In this document: positions 60,374 through 64,000 of the stretch, one piece after another
Layout: every line of letters starts with the position of its first letter
Position numbering within the stretch: the first letter of the stretch is position 1
DNA from: Chiloscyllium plagiosum
Lineage: Eukaryota
Assembly: GCF_004010195.1 (NCBI RefSeq)
Contig: NC_057718.1
Location: 21,915,066 to 21,979,065 of the forward strand
Length of the DNA: 64,000 nt
Direction: 5' to 3'
Notes under the pieces: generated by a model
What the model was told of the DNA's origin: nothing
The model's database searches: none
What the model saw: only the letters and a program-made list of their open reading frames with translations
Position numbers and translations under genes: made by a program

Positions 60374-60499
60374 CTTATAATACAAAAGAATCACAGACAA
60401 ATGAACAATGGCAACTATAAATAAAGAGTAAATGGGCACGGAAATAACCTCCAAATACTAAACACATGAAGACTAAATCTGACAAACCTCATTCAACCA

Positions 60500-60830
60500 G
60501 CACTTCTTATCACTAATTCAAGCATAGTTTGATGAGAGGCAAGTTCAAGGAAATCGGATGTCATAGACAGGATAGGTCGGCCATTTAGGACTGAAGTTAG
60601 GAGAAATTCATCATGTAGAGGGTAGTGAATCTTTGCAGTTTTACACCTTAAAGGTCTGTTCACGCTCTATCACTAAAAATTGAGATTGGTGTATTATTAA
60701 GCACTCGGGGTGTCTAGGGATTCAAGGCTAAGACAGGAAAGTAGAGTTCATGTGGAAGTTCAGTCATAAGCATTTGAATGGCACAGTAAACTCAGAGATG
60801 AAATGGCCTTCTTCTGCTCCTATTTCTTAT
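60500..60830 (+). mobile_element. Old CR1 3' end
   Basis: ccatttaggactgaagttaggagaaattc..agagggtagtgaatcttt..aatggccttcttctgctcctatttcttat. Confidence 0.7.
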
Positions 60831-61009
60831 ATGTGTTCGCAACATCAAAGACCACGTAGAACTTGACAAGAAATTGAAGTAAAACAATTTCAGTTAAACA
60901 ACAGTCTAACACTATGTTTCTGACAGAATGATTCAATAGCATATATGGTGGAAAATACTGACATAGTTAATTAATGCCAACAATTTTCCTGGGTCTGGAA
61001 ACAACGTAC

Positions 61010-61116
61010 CGCTGCTGCAGCATTTTCTGCCTCCTGGTCTGCTGGATGGTTACACGGATTTGAGGCTTTTCCAAAGGTCCGAGCTCCTGGGCAATTTGTT
61101 CAGCATCAACAACAAT
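61010..61116 (-). CDS. HEATR1: HEATR1 exon
   Basis: IVVDAEQIAQELGPLEKPQIRVTIQQTRRQKMLQQ(R); cag/gtacg. Confidence 0.94.
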
Positions 61117-63066
61117 CTGTATCACAAAGGTAAAAATTACAGATCGCTATGGACACCTTTAAACAAATAAATTGTGTTTGACTAAAATGTATATTTTTAA
61201 AGTTGCAAGTTAAATGGTGCCAAAACTCATTCAGATGATCCATGACATGGACGGGTTGGACCGAAGGGTCTGTTTCCATGCTGTACGTCTCTGTGACTCT
61301 ATATCAGAGATCAAAGCATTTTACCTTATAGAGAAGCTGTGGTCTTTAATCAGCTAAATCTGTCCCCATTCACTGTAAACATTTGGGTTTGATCTATCCT
61401 CTAAAGTAGTCGTGAAAGATTTTATGATATTGGGAAAACGGTCCTGCACTAACTTGCACATTTTCCTGACCAACAATTAAAATAAAACAATTTTGTCATG
61501 ACTTTATCACTCGGTGCGAAATGACAGCTTTAAGCAGAGTGCCTGCACTTCCAAACTACTAAACTGGATATACTGTGCATTGGGACATCCTGAGGATAAA
61601 TAAATTCAAATCTTTTCTAAACAATAATTCAGTTAAGAACACCAATTTGTATTGTGTTTGAGTGTTAATCTATTTCTATATGCATCAAGAAGAGGTGAGA
61701 AGGTAAAGGCAAACTATCCAAGTAGGAGAAACATCAGCAGCAGGCTGTGTCAATGGCATCACACTTATGAAGAAATAAGAACAAGATTATAAAATCCCAT
61801 TTATGAAAGCACCAGCCAAAGTAATGCTCAGCAAATGGAAAGTGATGCTACAAAAGTAAAGCGTTTGCTTAAATCTCAATATCAAAATTAGAAGATTTGA
61901 CCTTGGGCCAAATGGCACATATATTCTGTGCAAATAATTATTAAATTTGTTTTGGCTAATCTAAAAATAGATACACTGGGCACTGCCACATAGCAAGTGA
62001 TACCCTGTTTTAATATTTTGGAGATGGCCAATAAGTCACAAGACAAAGCAAGAATAAGCTAGCATTTGAAATCTTTTAACAAATAGATGGTTTTAGAATG
62101 AGTGACTACAACAAGAAAATCCTGGTAATCTGTACATTTATTCTCAACTATAAATGTAAAGTAATACTGGCACATCAAATGCCCACTAATTGCTTGAAAC
62201 CTGACACTTACAAGAGGGTTAATTAGAGATCCAACATATTTACTTTAAAAAAAAACCTTAAAAGCAACTTAAATATGAGCTGTCTCTCTCAACCTCTGTG
62301 GTTGAAGAAGATCAGCATTCCTTTGGCAGAGATTTCACACTCAGGCACAATTTATATTACTGTCCCCCTACAAATGAACAAGCATAGAAACCCTTCTTTA
62401 ACTTAAAATATAAAAGGCTCTACCTGAAGTGATCCGACGGTCATGAACTGGGATTTCGTAGTGTTGAGCAAAGGCATGCTTTCATTCTAATTACATCTCC
62501 AAGATGAGTTTTGACAATGCTTAAGCTTATCAATTTGAGACCATACAATCTGGTGACATAAAGCTACTTTCCTTTTAAAGAAAGGTTTGCACTCTGATCA
62601 TTAGTGCAGTGTTTAATTTTCTGAGCAAAGAATTAAAGTGGTGGCTTTCAATAAAACGAGAAATACATTTGAAAAATGACCTCCTCCAACATATCTTAGT
62701 TTCGTGATGCAAAGAGAATCTTGAGCAATATATAAATTACTGCTTATCTAAATGAGTAATATTCACAGAATAAATTATGACAAAAATATACCAGTGTAGG
62801 CAGAGGAATAGGTACTCGAGCACTATTGAGAAACATAATGCATAAGAAGCTCAGCATCAAGGTTATAAGATGAGGATGAAGATTTGCAATACTATAATGC
62901 ATACAGTCCCAATCTCTTATTCACTTATTTTGATTTATAACATTTGAAGTAAGCAATCTTGCACTTTCCTTTTATATTCCCAATTAAGCCTAAGGAAATG
63001 TTAGTCTCATAAGCCTTAATATACTTAAGCCAAAACATTCCAGATGTCAAAGCTGTTGTTACTCAC

Positions 63067-63198
63067 CGCCTTGAAAACACTGCTTATTGTCTGTGCACAG
63101 ATTGGGTTTTTGCACTGCACAAGCAAGTCAAATAGTACTCCCAGTAACCTCTTCTGAATCTTCCCATCAGGCAGAGCTGCAAAGAACTGTTTTGTGAT
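63067..63198 (-). CDS. HEATR1: HEATR1 exon (most 5' exon seen in the window)
   Basis: ITKQFFAALPDGKIQKRLLGVLFDLLVQCKNPICAQTISSVFKA; cag/gtgag. Confidence 0.95.
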
Positions 63199-64000
63199 CT
63201 GATAAAAAAGTAAGAGAGAAAGTTTCACCAAACCATTAAGGTATAAAGGTTGTAACAGCATCATGGGTATCTACAAATAATGGGAAAAGAACAAGCACAA
63301 ATCTCCCTCTACTTATATCTGAAAATTACTATGGGCAGTTACTAAATACCTTCAAAGTTAATGTTTCCTTTCATCTCAGATCAAACAGAATTGACGACAT
63401 AAAGACTTATATCAGATTCTAATCATATTCAGAAAATTTAAGTTATACTCGCAGTTCTGCAAAATGGTAGTGGATTGATAAATTTTAAAGCAATAAGGTT
63501 TGCTCTCCATTTATGTGATGTGCATTTTTTCTTTAAATTCTAAATTATATTTTGCTGTTTCAGTTTCTCAAACCTGCCTCAATGCTGGAAATCTTTCAGA
63601 ATATGCAACTTTCTGCCTCACTGGATACACATGCACAAGTGCATGAATATTCATTGAATGCTGATAAGCATGTCAATACCCATCCAGAAATACCCACATA
63701 CACAATCACAGCAACATTTCTCAGGGAATGTAAATGCACATAAGTACAGCATTGCCTTCACTAAGAAAATTTTTATCATTATACCCAAGAGTATATAAAA
63801 TCTTCACTAAATGCTCTCACACATTCAAAAGCACATCTCCATTCCTAAATGAACACAGAGCGGCATGGGAAGCTCTGACTAAAAAGCATGCACACAGAAT
63901 ATAATTTCTTCTTCGGTCTGTAGACATACACATATGCACTCTTCACTCCATGTGATTATCTGTTCTTAACCATTCCAATTTGCATATATATATATATCAA

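Larger units (their letters stand above)
21162..63198 (-). other. HEATR1: HEAT repeat-containing protein 1 (UTP10/BAP28) gene, 3' half, 22 coding exons; continues beyond the window end
   Basis: 22 GT-AG exons total 3138 nt and splice in one frame; C-terminal BP28CT-type motifs KLSEVTFRPLFFK, WKPLNYQILLKTR, LLPETIPFLAELLEDECEEVE...LGEPLQSYF*. Confidence 0.97.

Noticed and set aside
21251..63066. Intronic snoRNAs in HEATR1 (a ribosome-biogenesis gene)
   Set aside because: No convincing C/D or H/ACA box pair with terminal stem found by eye; the clearest TGATGA/CTGA hits are hammerhead cores. An Rfam scan would be needed to exclude them.
1..64000. CRISPR arrays, operons, rRNA
   Set aside because: No regularly spaced repeat-spacer arrays or rRNA seen; the sequence is spliced eukaryotic DNA.

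Overview
Vertebrate genomic DNA, AT-rich and dense in retroelements. HE1-type SINEs with CR1-like tails and DeuSINE remnants suggest a cartilaginous fish (shark); this is inference. Two intron-containing genes converge tail-to-tail, as in mammals. The + strand carries the last 7 coding exons of galectin-8 (LGALS8, 2853-17422). The - strand carries the last 22 coding exons of HEATR1/UTP10 (63198-21162, about 1045 aa). All exons have GT-AG boundaries and splice in frame. Introns hold CR1 LINEs (one near-complete ORF2 nested in an older copy), tRNA-derived SINEs, an RTE fragment, TA-flanked Tigger/pogo-like MITEs and Penelope-like elements (PLEs). The most notable non-gene signal is a set of short palindromic PLE-terminus elements from at least three sequence families, three copies with 13-15 bp target-site duplications. 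They carry minimal hammerhead-ribozyme cores (CUGAnGA-stem II-GAAAC-GUC), and one copy at 44441-44474 has an intact core. Also notable: the galectin-8 C-terminal domain reads H-L-A-P-R instead of the sugar-binding H-x-N-P-R, and a PLE end appears to supply a branch point for an LGALS8 exon. Two assembly gaps are present. Repeat boundaries are approximate, and family names come from remembered motifs, not database searches.
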